A stretch of 64,000 bases of DNA from the NCBI GenBank assembly GCA_032128875.1, contig JAVLKG010000003.1, forward strand, positions 856,974 through 920,973, written 5' to 3'. The notes under the pieces were generated by a model that had not been told where the DNA came from, did no database searches, and was given only the letters and a program-made list of their open reading frames with translations. The stretch comes from Candidatus Melainabacteria bacterium 17Bon1m. Its GTDB lineage: Bacteria > Cyanobacteriota > Vampirovibrionia > Obscuribacterales > Obscuribacteraceae. This document shows positions 17,827-27,708 of this stretch, in pieces. The position numbers and the translations under genes were made by a program. Position 1 is the stretch's first letter, and the number at the start of each line of letters is the position of its first letter.

Positions 17827-20535
17827 ATGAGAGATGAAGCGTTTGCAGATCCTAGACCGCGTGAAATTACTAGACCAACGCTCAATCAGGTAGTTTTGAT
17901 GAATAAGATGTCGAGCCAATTCAAACTGGTTACACTGGCAAATGGCCAAGCGCGAGCAGCAATCGCGCTTTGCGTGCTGTTTGCAGTTGCGATATTAGCC
18001 CTGCCGGCATTCTCGCAGGCTAATACTAATCAGTTTTTCCGTAATGCCGAAGGCACTATGGATGACTCCAACAACTCTACCGCGCAAACCATCCGCGATA
18101 TGGCTTGCTTGCGCTACAAGTGGCTGGACATCAACCGCAGATACGATCAACTGCGCACTATCAACGAGCAAGCGCCTACGACCACACCGTCAAGAAGACA
18201 AACGATTCCTGAAAAACGCGAGGAATTCATCACCGACGGACGCTCGGCAAGACAGCCACAAGCCGGCGAAACAAGAGTAAAAGAAACTGCTGATTCTACT
18301 GCGCAAACCAAAGTTCTCGCATACGACTCCTGCTTCGTTCCTTGCGGCAGCCCGGTCGGCTGGTTCTTGCAAGACGCAGAAGCCTGGAAGTTTCCCAAAT
18401 ACACAGCCTACGGTATTCCTTGCTATGTCCAGCCCCGCATGGAGGCCATGGACAAAGTTAAGACGACCAGAGACGAAGCCATCTTCGAGAAAGCGACAGG
18501 CTACAACCCGCCTGGTATGGGCCGTATCACCACGTTCGGTCTGCCGATGTCTGATACGCAATATCAGTTGATCGACAGAGAAAATAATAACCGGATGCTC
18601 GAGTTGCTTTCCGACCCCGAGCGCTTCATGTGGGCAGCTTCGGTAACCGGTCAGATGATGAACGGTTCCGGCGCCAACAGCCTTGCCGGTGTTGCAGAAA
18701 GTGCTTTCGACAACGCCGCCGCCCGGATTATTCAAGGTGACTCCACCAATTCGTTGATCAACCTTGCTAACGAAAATTCGGGGACCGGACCGAATCTCGG
18801 TTCTTACTATCGCCAAGTTTCCGATGCAGTGAGACAAGTTCAAATCATGTACCACCAGGTATATGTGCCGCTGGCAATTCTTTTCCTTTTGCCGGGCGCC
18901 GTCATCACGCAAGCAAAATCCATTGTGGCAGGCGGTTTTGCGCTGAGATCACCTGAAGCTCAAAGTCCATTCGATGGACTGTTGCGCTCCTTCGTCGCTA
19001 TTTTCCTTATCCCTGCGACTCAATTGATTGTCAGTTATGCAATCGACGTCGGCAACTCGATGGCGTATAGCGTTTACGATCCCTGGGTCAATATAGACAG
19101 AGTCAAAGAGTGGACTCACCAGCTCAGCTACAACAACAATCCACGCACAAATTACGACAACAGTATTTTGCCTCCTGAGCAAGGCGGCCAAAATCAGAAC
19201 GGACAAAGTGCCTGGGATAGAGCATTATCGGGCGATGTTTTCGGTGCGATCTTGCAATTCGTTATGGACTTGTTCGGTTACGGAGAAGGTTTGGGCGGAA
19301 ACGTTCCAGAAACCGTGACGATGGAAGAGCGCAATTCATGGCTGTCATCTATGTTGGAAACAGCTTTCAACTGGATGATGTGGGGTATGTCGCAAGGACT
19401 TATTATCCTGACGGCATTCCAGCTCGTCTTTATGTGCTACCTCTTCTTGCTTGGACCTCTGGCCGCTGCATTCTATGCTTGGCCGGATTTGCAGAATGAC
19501 GGCAACCAAAAGCTATTCCGTGGTGTTTTCGGAAGCTGGGTCAATGCCGTGATTTCGCTTGCTCTGTGGCGCTTCTACTGGATGGTGATTTTGGCCATCA
19601 TGACTCAGCGCCTCATCTACATATCGCAATCGCGGACGGCGACCAACTTACAGTGGGAAGTTGCTGTCTTCACGTGCTTGCTTGGACTGATGCTGCACGT
19701 GCCGTTTAGTCCGTTCAAATTCGACCCGGCTGCCGCGCTGGAAAAAGTGGAGAAATTCGCCAATAGCATGGGCGGCAGTGGCGGCGGTGGAGCCGGAGGC
19801 GGCGGTGGCGGTGGTGCCGGCGGCGGTGCCGGAGCCGGCGGTGGCGGCGGAGGCGGCGGCGGAATGCTGCAGCAGATGGCCAACCAGATCCAAAGCTCCA
19901 ATATGCCTGCCGGTGATAAACAGCAAGCCTTGCAAGCAATCAACCAGACTTCGGTCGGCTTGAATGCCTTTAGAGACGGACGTTTCGGTGGCTACGACGC
20001 CTTCAATGGAGGCGGCGGTATCAACATGGGCGGTGACCAGGGACAGGGAACCGGCCAGGGCCAGGGCACGGGGCAGGATATAACCCCACCTCTGGTCAGT
20101 AATCAAAATACGGCAAACATCAATGCAGCACTGGCCAGTAATGCGATCATGCCTCCGTCTTCGACAGGAATGGATACAGGCACTGGCACTGGCACTGGTA
20201 CCGGTACCGGCGCAGGCGTAGACCTGGCCGCCAACCGCGGACCGACATCCTCACCCGCCGATGCATCCGAAACTGGTTCTCGCATCAACCCAGGAGTTCA
20301 ACTTGCCGGTTACGTTCAATCGGCACAACAAAACGTCCAGGACATTGGTGCTCAATTGCGCGGTGCCGGTATGCCTGAGCAGCAAGTGCAAGACTTCATC
20401 ACCAAGAATAATCCGCAGCAAATGATAGCGGCGCTCGATCCTCAGGGCAGCGGTTTCTTCCCTTCCGGTGGAGGTGATGACAGCGGCCCGAGACGACAGG
20501 ATCGAAGACCAGATGATGACTCTGATACCGCCTAG
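17827..20535 (+). CDS. Polytopic membrane protein, VirB6/TraG-N-like (paralog 1), with a Gly-rich tail
   Basis: N-terminal signal/TM segment, soluble domain, ~5-6 TM segments with 'CYLFLLGPLAAAFYAWP...GSWVNAVISLALWRFYW' (VirB6-like 'L.GPL...W' pattern); lies upstream of the virB4-like gene. Confidence 0.65.
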   Translation: MRDEAFADPRPREITRPTLNQVVLMNKMSSQFKLVTLANGQARAAIALCVLFAVAILALPAFSQANTNQFFRNAEGTMDDSNNSTAQTIRDMACLRYKWLDINRRYDQLRTINEQAPTTTPSRRQTIPEKREEFITDGRSARQPQAGETRVKETADSTAQTKVLAYDSCFVPCGSPVGWFLQDAEAWKFPKYTAYGIPCYVQPRMEAMDKVKTTRDEAIFEKATGYNPPGMGRITTFGLPMSDTQYQLIDRENNNRMLELLSDPERFMWAASVTGQMMNGSGANSLAGVAESAFDNAAARIIQGDSTNSLINLANENSGTGPNLGSYYRQVSDAVRQVQIMYHQVYVPLAILFLLPGAVITQAKSIVAGGFALRSPEAQSPFDGLLRSFVAIFLIPATQLIVSYAIDVGNSMAYSVYDPWVNIDRVKEWTHQLSYNNNPRTNYDNSILPPEQGGQNQNGQSAWDRALSGDVFGAILQFVMDLFGYGEGLGGNVPETVTMEERNSWLSSMLETAFNWMMWGMSQGLIILTAFQLVFMCYLFLLGPLAAAFYAWPDLQNDGNQKLFRGVFGSWVNAVISLALWRFYWMVILAIMTQRLIYISQSRTATNLQWEVAVFTCLLGLMLHVPFSPFKFDPAAALEKVEKFANSMGGSGGGGAGGGGGGGAGGGAGAGGGGGGGGGMLQQMANQIQSSNMPAGDKQQALQAINQTSVGLNAFRDGRFGGYDAFNGGGGINMGGDQGQGTGQGQGTGQDITPPLVSNQNTANINAALASNAIMPPSSTGMDTGTGTGTGTGTGAGVDLAANRGPTSSPADASETGSRINPGVQLAGYVQSAQQNVQDIGAQLRGAGMPEQQVQDFITKNNPQQMIAALDPQGSGFFPSGGGDDSGPRRQDRRPDDDSDTA

Positions 20536-20597
20536 AGTTTCCAGCGGCAGACAGGAAGCTCTCAAAGATTTACAGAACGCGTGAGGATGGATCTCAA

Positions 20598-23500
20598 ATG
20601 ATTGGAAGAAGAAAAACGGCATCAACGTTTAAAGCGCGGCTAACGCTAGTGCTGCTTCTCATCGGATTCGTACCGATAGCTGCCATGGCGCAATCGCCAA
20701 ATGTCGGCGCCGGCGGAGGCACGGGAGATTCTCGTGACGGCAACCCCGGTTCTGCCTCACTGACATTGAAGCAATTCTACTACCGGATGAAGAACGCCCA
20801 GACTTATTCCACCACCGAATATGGTGGCACCGACGTATTGCAGAACGTCGGAGGATCTCAGGGCATTTCCAGATTTACCAATGGTCTTAGCAATCTCGTC
20901 CAGGGCAATGTCCGCGGGGCACTTCAGGCTGCTACCGGTCAAGACGGTCGCGGTCCGAAAGAATCTGTCGGACCTGGTATCGTTAAAACCCAGTCTGGTC
21001 CTACTTTTGCATGGCCCGTGCCGGTGCCTCCCGGCATTCCTTCGACAGTGCCCACGAAGCGCGACGAAGGTATCAACAAAAACGAACTGAAGACTTTCGG
21101 CTATCCCGTTTCTGATACGCAGTTCCAGCTCATCCAACGCTACAACCAGAACATCATGCTGGAACAGCTGTCCAATCCGGAACGTTTCATGTGGGCAGCC
21201 AACACCTTGGGCGGCTTGTCATCGAACGCCGCTGCAAACTCAGCCAACAACATGGCTACCAACCAAGCAATCAGTGCAATTGATTTCAGTAAGAAATATC
21301 TGGTCAACTTTACTGCCGAACAAGGCAACGTATGGCACCGCCTGCGCGATCAATTGTTTATCCCGATGGCAATTCTCTTGCTTTTGCCCGGCGCAGTGCT
21401 TGCGCAAGTGAAGGCGATTGTTGCTCAAGGCTCGCCATCGTGGGCACAAGCAGATAGTCCTATTGAAGGTATTACCCGCTCTATTGTTGCTGTTTTCCTG
21501 ATTCCTGCAACCTTCCTTGTCATCAACTACGGTATCGACGTATCCAACTCGATCACGTTCACGATTGCCGATGAGTACAAGAGAATTTTTGGCACGGACA
21601 TGTATGAGGATGCGATTTGCCACGAGAAACGAGCGATGGCGATCAACCCGGCCAACCGCAAGGAAAACGCTATCCATGAGGAAGAAAGACCAGTCAATAG
21701 AGGCGGCTCGGTATGGTCGTCCTTTGAAGGCTTGAACTCGACCGTGCGCGAATATGACCCCTGCTTGGGCGTAGACAATACACGTGTACCTGACGAAAAC
21801 GTCGTACAAGCGAAGAACTTCAACCGCCTGGCTAAGGGGATGGCCAACACCGGATTGACCGCTGCCTGGAACATTATGAGTGCGTTCCAGATGGCTTATC
21901 TCTATTATCTGTGGTGCATGGGACCGATAGCAGCAGCCCTGTGGGTCTGGCCGATTGGACCGATGCGCGGTGCTCTCAGAAGCTGGATCGAAGGCGTTAT
22001 CACGCTGTGTTTCTGGAGCTTATTCTGGAACACCACTGTCTTGCTGCTTGCTTGCTTCAAGGGGGTCGGCGACGACGGTTCGGTTATCGTCACCGCTTTG
22101 AATACACTTGCAAACTTGTCGGTTAAGAAGGCATTCGACTTCGCTGGTTTGATCGCTGAGGCCGGTAGTGCGGCATCTGCAGAAATGCAGAAGTCCATGG
22201 CTGGTGGTGGCGGCGGCGGTGGCGGCAGTCGAGGCGGCGGTGGTGGCGCCGGCGGTGCTGGTGGGCAAGGTGGACAGGGAACACCTGGGCGCAGTGCAAG
22301 CGGACCGGGAGGCGGTCAAGGACTCGTTTCAGGACCTGGCTCTGGTCAAGGCTCGGGCGACATCGGTCAAGGTGGAGGAGCATTGGCTCTGTCGCCTGCC
22401 GGAGGCGATCTCACCAGTGGAGCTCTCACTCCTCGCGGTGGTGCCGACATCGATCCACTTACCGGACTGCCGAGAGACGGCAGTGTGCCGGGCGTAGATC
22501 CCGGCCTGCCTCCAGGCGAGCGCGGTACAAATATGGGTATGCGTGGAGGCGCCGACGCTACCACCGAAGCAGCTGCATTGGCGGCTCTGGGTGCTGCGGG
22601 CAGACCTCCATCCGACCAAGAGCGTCAGATGTTCGACAACGTCAAACGCATGGACGACGCCGGACACCCTGCTGCGACCGCACTTGTAGAATCGCTTTCA
22701 CGCACGCAGCCAGGCGATCTTGCCAAAGCGATGGACGGCGATGCCGATGCGGCTGCTCGTATCAGATCCGCAACCGGTATGGACGCCAAGACGCTCAACG
22801 ACGGCTTACGTGGAGACTCCGCCGCGATGATGACTGCAGCAGCAGTTGTAGGCGCTGCCGGATCAGCCGGGGCCGCCGGATCTCTTCTGTCTCGCGCAGA
22901 GCAAGGCGATGCTGGTGCCAGGGCACAATTGGAAAGCCGCACCGGTATCAACCCCGATACACTCATACGTGCTGCGCAGGGCGACCAGGGCGCGCAAATG
23001 GCTGTCATGGCGAGAGCCGGACAGGATGGATCCGTACAAGCTGCAGCCCAAGGCGGCGACCGAGTGTGCGCTGATGCGGTTCGTGCTGCAGAGATGACCT
23101 ACGCTCGCAACGGTGTCACCGGCGACTATACGCAAGTAGCCGCTTACGACCCGCAGACGGGTGTATTCTCAGCTGCGGACGCTCAAGGCAATATCTTGCG
23201 CAATGCTGATGGCACTGCCCAAATATCCTTCGACCAAGCTAGTGGTGGATATCAGACTAGAGACGGCGCGGGCGTTACCTACGACGCCGGCTCCGGACAA
23301 TGGCTCGCTCGCGACGCCAATGGTTCTGCCGCTGGTGGCATCGTCTACGATGTTAACGACGGGCGGTTTGCGGTTGCCGGAACAGGTGCTGCGGTCAACT
23401 ATGAAAATGGAAACTTCGTTGCCGCAGGTACCAACGGAAATGTTGTCTGGGATGCTCAAGCCAATCGCTTCCAGGACGGCGGCGGCAATGCTGTCATGTC

Positions 23501-25916
23501 CGATCCGGGCGGCTCTGGACAATGGTTCCGCGTGGCTCAAGATGGTCAGAGCATCGAGCGACTGGCCGGTGGAGCACAAGGACAGGGCAGCTGGGAAAGA
23601 GTTTCCGGTGCTGCACCGATGGAGGTCAAAAACGGCGAGGTCATCGCCGCAGGCACCAATGGCAATGTCGTGTTCGACACTGCGCAAGGCAGATTCGAAG
23701 CCAGAAATGTCGATGTCGGAGTGCAATACGACCGCGGTTCCAATCAATGGTATGCACAGGGCGCATCCGGTCAGGTCGCATACTCTGTGGACGCTGGTCA
23801 GTTCAAAGCCACGGGCACCAATGAAGGAGTCACGTATTCCGGTGGTCAGTGGTCCGTGGACAACACCGGCGGCCGCGTAGTTCTTGATGCGGCGCAAGGT
23901 CGCTATGAAGTGGCTGGAGGCAACGCTGCTGTAGCCTACGACAGAACCAGCAATGGTTGGGTTGCGGCGGACACCGGCGGCCAGATCAGATTCGACCGCC
24001 AAGACATGCGCTTCGAAAATAGTTCTGGAGCCGTCGCTGTCGCTGATCCCAACGGATCGGGCAGATGGTATGCCCCATCAGCTGATGGCAGTTCCGTCCA
24101 AGTGCTCTCGCCTGCCTCGAGCGGCTCGGCCACCTGGTCGGCCGCAGGAGCTGATGCGCCTGTTTCACTGCAAGGCGGAACATTCGTCGCACAAGGATCC
24201 GGCGGTCAAGTCTTCTACGATCAGCAAGCCGGTCAATGGGAATTGCGTCAGCCAACCGCTCAGGGTGGCTTCATCGATACCAATATCGCGATGGCTAGAG
24301 ACTCTGCATCGGGCAACTGGATGGCAGCCGGAACAGGAGGCCAGGTCGTTCTCGATCCTGCCTCCAGACAGCTGGAAATCTACGGCACCAATACGCCTGT
24401 TGCACGCGACAATACAGGAACTTTCGTTGCGGCCAACACCGGCGGTAGTGTCATTCTCGACACTCAAAATGCCGGCGGTCCTCGATGGGAAGTGCGCGGC
24501 GCCGATGTCGCTCTCACACCCACTCCTAGTGGACAATGGACGGCAGCGGACAGCCGCGGAGCGGTCGTTTGGGATGCTCAGCAAAATCGATTCGAGCAAG
24601 CCGGTACAAATGTGGCAGCTTACCGAGATCCAGGCGGTTCCGGTTGGTACTCCGTGGCAGCCAACGGCATGGTCACGCAGTTGCAGCCAGACAATCAGTG
24701 GAGATCGGTCGATCCGGCGACTGCGCCGATTCGCGTCGATCAAGGTGGTGTCATCAGCGCCGCTTCGTCCAACGGCATGATCACATTCGACCAACGCGAC
24801 AACCGTTGGGAGCTGCAAGGTGGTCAACCGGTTCAGTACGACTCGAGAACTCAGCAATGGGTCGCTCCGGAGACGGGCGGCCGCGTAGCCTACGACTTCA
24901 ACGACAGGAGACTGGAAGTGGTCGGCTCCAATGGTGCCACCACCAATGTGCCGGTAGTTTCAGACCCGAGCGGTCGCAGCTACTACGCCTTCGGTGCAAA
25001 CGGAGACGTAAGGCAGCTCGATACGACAGCCGGCTCGTGGAGACCACTCGATGCAACGTCGTCGGTCGGCTACACGCAAAGCGGACAGATCTACTCGACT
25101 GCATCCATCGCGCCAGGCGATGCAACACGTACTCCGCAGGTCATGTACGACACGCAACAGGGTGCATGGACTGTGGCGAACAACCCGAATCCATCAGCCA
25201 ACGGTGTAGCTGTAACGCAGTCTGGAAGCGGCTTCTATGCGGAAGGCACGGGACGGCAAATCGAATATGATTTGAACAACCGCCGCTTCGAGCTGGCTGG
25301 CTCCGACAGACCGGTCGAGTTTCAGCGCGGTACAGGATGGACATATGCAGGCACCGGTGAGCAGGTCGCACTGCGGACGCCGGACGGTGGATGGACTGCC
25401 GGAACGCACGCCTCTACAGACCCGAGCAGGGTCCAGCAAGGCTACGATCCATTCTGCAACCCGACTCACCACCAGGGCGGATACACACCTGATCCTACAT
25501 ACGGCCACAGATTCCCCGACTGGAGAGCCGACGTCGGTGAAATGCGTGGTGGAGAACACATGGATGTGAGAAGCCCTGATGTGAGCGCTCACATCGGACC
25601 TGGACATGCCCATGTCGACGTCCATACACCTGGCTTCCAAGCTCACGTAGACACGCCGACTGGCGGCATCATGGATGCTCCCAGAAGAATGGATCCGACA
25701 GGAGGCACTGCAGGTAAGGCCATAACAGCTGCCGGTGTCGGAGCCGCTATCTGGCAACAGTGGTCCAATATAAGCAATCGCATGAATCGCGGACAACAAG
25801 GACCGGCTCAGTCACTTCAAGATATGATGCGCAAGGGTGGAGGCTCGCAGCGCAAGAAGGACAACCGCAAAATAATCGGCTATGACGAATACGGCAATCC
25901 GATTTATAAAGACTAG
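20598..25916 (+). CDS. Giant VirB6/TraG-N-like membrane protein (paralog 2) with a long beta-hairpin repeat region
   Basis: 1772 aa; membrane core clearly homologous to 17827-20535; then a Gly-rich linker, an Ala-rich helical block and ~760 aa of 'V.YD...G.W/F' repeats. Confidence 0.7.
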   Translation: MIGRRKTASTFKARLTLVLLLIGFVPIAAMAQSPNVGAGGGTGDSRDGNPGSASLTLKQFYYRMKNAQTYSTTEYGGTDVLQNVGGSQGISRFTNGLSNLVQGNVRGALQAATGQDGRGPKESVGPGIVKTQSGPTFAWPVPVPPGIPSTVPTKRDEGINKNELKTFGYPVSDTQFQLIQRYNQNIMLEQLSNPERFMWAANTLGGLSSNAAANSANNMATNQAISAIDFSKKYLVNFTAEQGNVWHRLRDQLFIPMAILLLLPGAVLAQVKAIVAQGSPSWAQADSPIEGITRSIVAVFLIPATFLVINYGIDVSNSITFTIADEYKRIFGTDMYEDAICHEKRAMAINPANRKENAIHEEERPVNRGGSVWSSFEGLNSTVREYDPCLGVDNTRVPDENVVQAKNFNRLAKGMANTGLTAAWNIMSAFQMAYLYYLWCMGPIAAALWVWPIGPMRGALRSWIEGVITLCFWSLFWNTTVLLLACFKGVGDDGSVIVTALNTLANLSVKKAFDFAGLIAEAGSAASAEMQKSMAGGGGGGGGSRGGGGGAGGAGGQGGQGTPGRSASGPGGGQGLVSGPGSGQGSGDIGQGGGALALSPAGGDLTSGALTPRGGADIDPLTGLPRDGSVPGVDPGLPPGERGTNMGMRGGADATTEAAALAALGAAGRPPSDQERQMFDNVKRMDDAGHPAATALVESLSRTQPGDLAKAMDGDADAAARIRSATGMDAKTLNDGLRGDSAAMMTAAAVVGAAGSAGAAGSLLSRAEQGDAGARAQLESRTGINPDTLIRAAQGDQGAQMAVMARAGQDGSVQAAAQGGDRVCADAVRAAEMTYARNGVTGDYTQVAAYDPQTGVFSAADAQGNILRNADGTAQISFDQASGGYQTRDGAGVTYDAGSGQWLARDANGSAAGGIVYDVNDGRFAVAGTGAAVNYENGNFVAAGTNGNVVWDAQANRFQDGGGNAVMSDPGGSGQWFRVAQDGQSIERLAGGAQGQGSWERVSGAAPMEVKNGEVIAAGTNGNVVFDTAQGRFEARNVDVGVQYDRGSNQWYAQGASGQVAYSVDAGQFKATGTNEGVTYSGGQWSVDNTGGRVVLDAAQGRYEVAGGNAAVAYDRTSNGWVAADTGGQIRFDRQDMRFENSSGAVAVADPNGSGRWYAPSADGSSVQVLSPASSGSATWSAAGADAPVSLQGGTFVAQGSGGQVFYDQQAGQWELRQPTAQGGFIDTNIAMARDSASGNWMAAGTGGQVVLDPASRQLEIYGTNTPVARDNTGTFVAANTGGSVILDTQNAGGPRWEVRGADVALTPTPSGQWTAADSRGAVVWDAQQNRFEQAGTNVAAYRDPGGSGWYSVAANGMVTQLQPDNQWRSVDPATAPIRVDQGGVISAASSNGMITFDQRDNRWELQGGQPVQYDSRTQQWVAPETGGRVAYDFNDRRLEVVGSNGATTNVPVVSDPSGRSYYAFGANGDVRQLDTTAGSWRPLDATSSVGYTQSGQIYSTASIAPGDATRTPQVMYDTQQGAWTVANNPNPSANGVAVTQSGSGFYAEGTGRQIEYDLNNRRFELAGSDRPVEFQRGTGWTYAGTGEQVALRTPDGGWTAGTHASTDPSRVQQGYDPFCNPTHHQGGYTPDPTYGHRFPDWRADVGEMRGGEHMDVRSPDVSAHIGPGHAHVDVHTPGFQAHVDTPTGGIMDAPRRMDPTGGTAGKAITAAGVGAAIWQQWSNISNRMNRGQQGPAQSLQDMMRKGGGSQRKKDNRKIIGYDEYGNPIYKD

Positions 25917-25921
25917 CAATT

Positions 25922-25956
25922 AGAGGAAAGGGCGGCATTGCGCTGCCCTTTCCTTT
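25922..25956 (+). terminator. Probable intrinsic terminator/hairpin
   Basis: AGGAAAGGGCGGC-ATTGC-GCTGCCCTTTCCT (one G-U pair) immediately after the stop; short T tail. Confidence 0.6.
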
Positions 25957-26141
25957 GAAAAAGTCAGCTAGGGACTGTACAAAACAAAAAAAGTCCATAC
26001 AATGCGGAAAGACCTATTTGACCATGGTCTTCCAAATTCAAGCAAAATAAGCAAGCCAAGCAAATAACATATGAAAAGCCGCAGGAGGAGAGGCATCTCT
26101 TTCCTGCGGGTATTAATATAGATAGATGGTGGTCAGAGTCC

Positions 26142-27161
26142 ATGGACATGTTGTTAGCTGAAGTAGGAGTCAGGTGCGATCGTTGCGGAACCTCATTTGT
26201 TTCGCGTCAATTGCCGACCTTTATTGATATCGGACATCGCAATTCGGAATTGCGCCAGGATTATCGCGGCTATCAGCCGATGATGGAGCAATACGCAATT
26301 ATCAGCTGTCCGAGTTGTGGGCGTGCCGATTGGTCTACCGAGTTTCCTCCGGTGCCTGGCACGCCTGTTTTGGCTCAAGCTTCCACCAGCGCGCATATGC
26401 AATACAGGCAGGCCGCGCTCGACAAAGAGCGCAATGCCGGCAGCATCAACTCCTTTAAGGCTGCAGTTTTTTATGTGCATGCCGCTTGGTGTGCCGACGA
26501 CAGCAAGGCGTTTCCGCAGGCTCGAGAGTACAGACGGCTAGCCGTAGAGTCTTATAAACGCTCGCTTTCCGACAATACCTGCCCTCAAGATTCACGCGGC
26601 GAGACTGAATATTTAATTGGCGAATTAATGCGCCGCGCCGGAGACTTCGAAGGGGCTCGCGATCATTTCCGCATGTGCATCGGGCGCTTGAATGCTCGAT
26701 TTGCATTTATGGCTCGAAAGATCATGCGCCTTTGCGAACAAGGCAGCACCGAGTCCATCCAATTCGAAGCCGACACCCTGATGCAGTCCTCCGTGGCCTC
26801 TTCCGGCTCGGCGGTAGGCGCTCCGCTGGGCGTTTCGGCTCCGGTAGCTCCGGCTGGCGCGCCGCCTAGTTCTGCACCGCCCAGCCCGCGTGCTTCATAT
26901 TCGGGACCGCCAGCTGGTGGCCCGCCTGGTTTTTCCGGCGCACCACCTATAGGGCAATCTCAGTCGTCTCATCAGTCTCAGCCGCCTCGTCAATCGCAGC
27001 AGTCGGTGCCTGCGGCTTCCCCGGGGGCTTCGCGCTCCTCGACCAATTTGCCAAGTTCTCCGGGCGGACCGCCGGTCGGACCGCCAGGGTCGAAAAAGGG
27101 CGACTCGAAGCCGAAAGGTCCTCCTACTCAGCCCCCGCCAGGCGCTCCGCCCTTGGCTTAA
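26142..27161 (+). CDS. DUF2225-like Zn-finger/TPR protein with a Pro/Ser-rich tail
   Basis: 'VRCDRCGTSF...SELRQDY...YAIISCPSCG', 'HAAWCADD', 'YLIGELMRRAGDFEGARDHF'. Confidence 0.75.
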   Translation: MDMLLAEVGVRCDRCGTSFVSRQLPTFIDIGHRNSELRQDYRGYQPMMEQYAIISCPSCGRADWSTEFPPVPGTPVLAQASTSAHMQYRQAALDKERNAGSINSFKAAVFYVHAAWCADDSKAFPQAREYRRLAVESYKRSLSDNTCPQDSRGETEYLIGELMRRAGDFEGARDHFRMCIGRLNARFAFMARKIMRLCEQGSTESIQFEADTLMQSSVASSGSAVGAPLGVSAPVAPAGAPPSSAPPSPRASYSGPPAGGPPGFSGAPPIGQSQSSHQSQPPRQSQQSVPAASPGASRSSTNLPSSPGGPPVGPPGSKKGDSKPKGPPTQPPPGAPPLA

Positions 27162-27218
27162 GTTTTCCAATCAAGGCAAAATGATGTTAGGTCCGAAACT
27201 GCAATAAGGAGTTAGTTC

Positions 27219-27620
27219 TTGGGTTACGTCCAGCGAGTGATCATCCTCAACAAGCCGCTTAAGGTGTTCGGTTTCGAACCCCGGCAGCTGATATTGCTAT
27301 CAGTTTGGGTTGTTTCCGGATTGATCATTGCCGGTCGCTTTCCTCAGGACTGGAAATTCCATAATTTCCCTATTGGCGTGTGGTTTTTCATCCTCTGGAT
27401 GTGCGGTGCCGTGGCTGTTGTTATGGGCACCCGACTGAAGCCCTTCTCTTGGTGGAAAAATATCCTCACGTACAGGTTGGGCTTGGCTCCTAATCTCTAT
27501 GTTTCACGCGCAGAACCCGCTCCGATCTATCCAGATGGGAATATAATTGAGGTTAAAAAAACTAAAGAAAACTTCTATGTCCAAGCTGAAAACACAACTG
27601 CAGACCCGGATGACTTCTAG
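27219..27620 (+). CDS. PrgI/VirB3-like two-TM protein
   Basis: AAGGAG RBS with TTG start; 'KPLKVFGFEPRQL' followed by two TM helices and 'KPFSWW...P.LYV'; directly upstream of the VirB4-like ATPase. Confidence 0.7.
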   Translation: MGYVQRVIILNKPLKVFGFEPRQLILLSVWVVSGLIIAGRFPQDWKFHNFPIGVWFFILWMCGAVAVVMGTRLKPFSWWKNILTYRLGLAPNLYVSRAEPAPIYPDGNIIEVKKTKENFYVQAENTTADPDDF

Positions 27621-27708
27621 AAGTCCGGTTTTTCAATTGGTCAGCGCCCAATCAAGTTCTTGAGACCGACCCGGCAGAACACCCAGGAAACCCGAGACAG
27701 GAAACCCA

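Noticed and set aside
23130-25420. RHS/YD-repeat toxin
   Set aside because: YD dipeptides occur, but not the RHS 'YxYDxxGRL' period, the core-terminal 'PxxxxDPxG' cleavage context, a toxin tip or an immunity gene.
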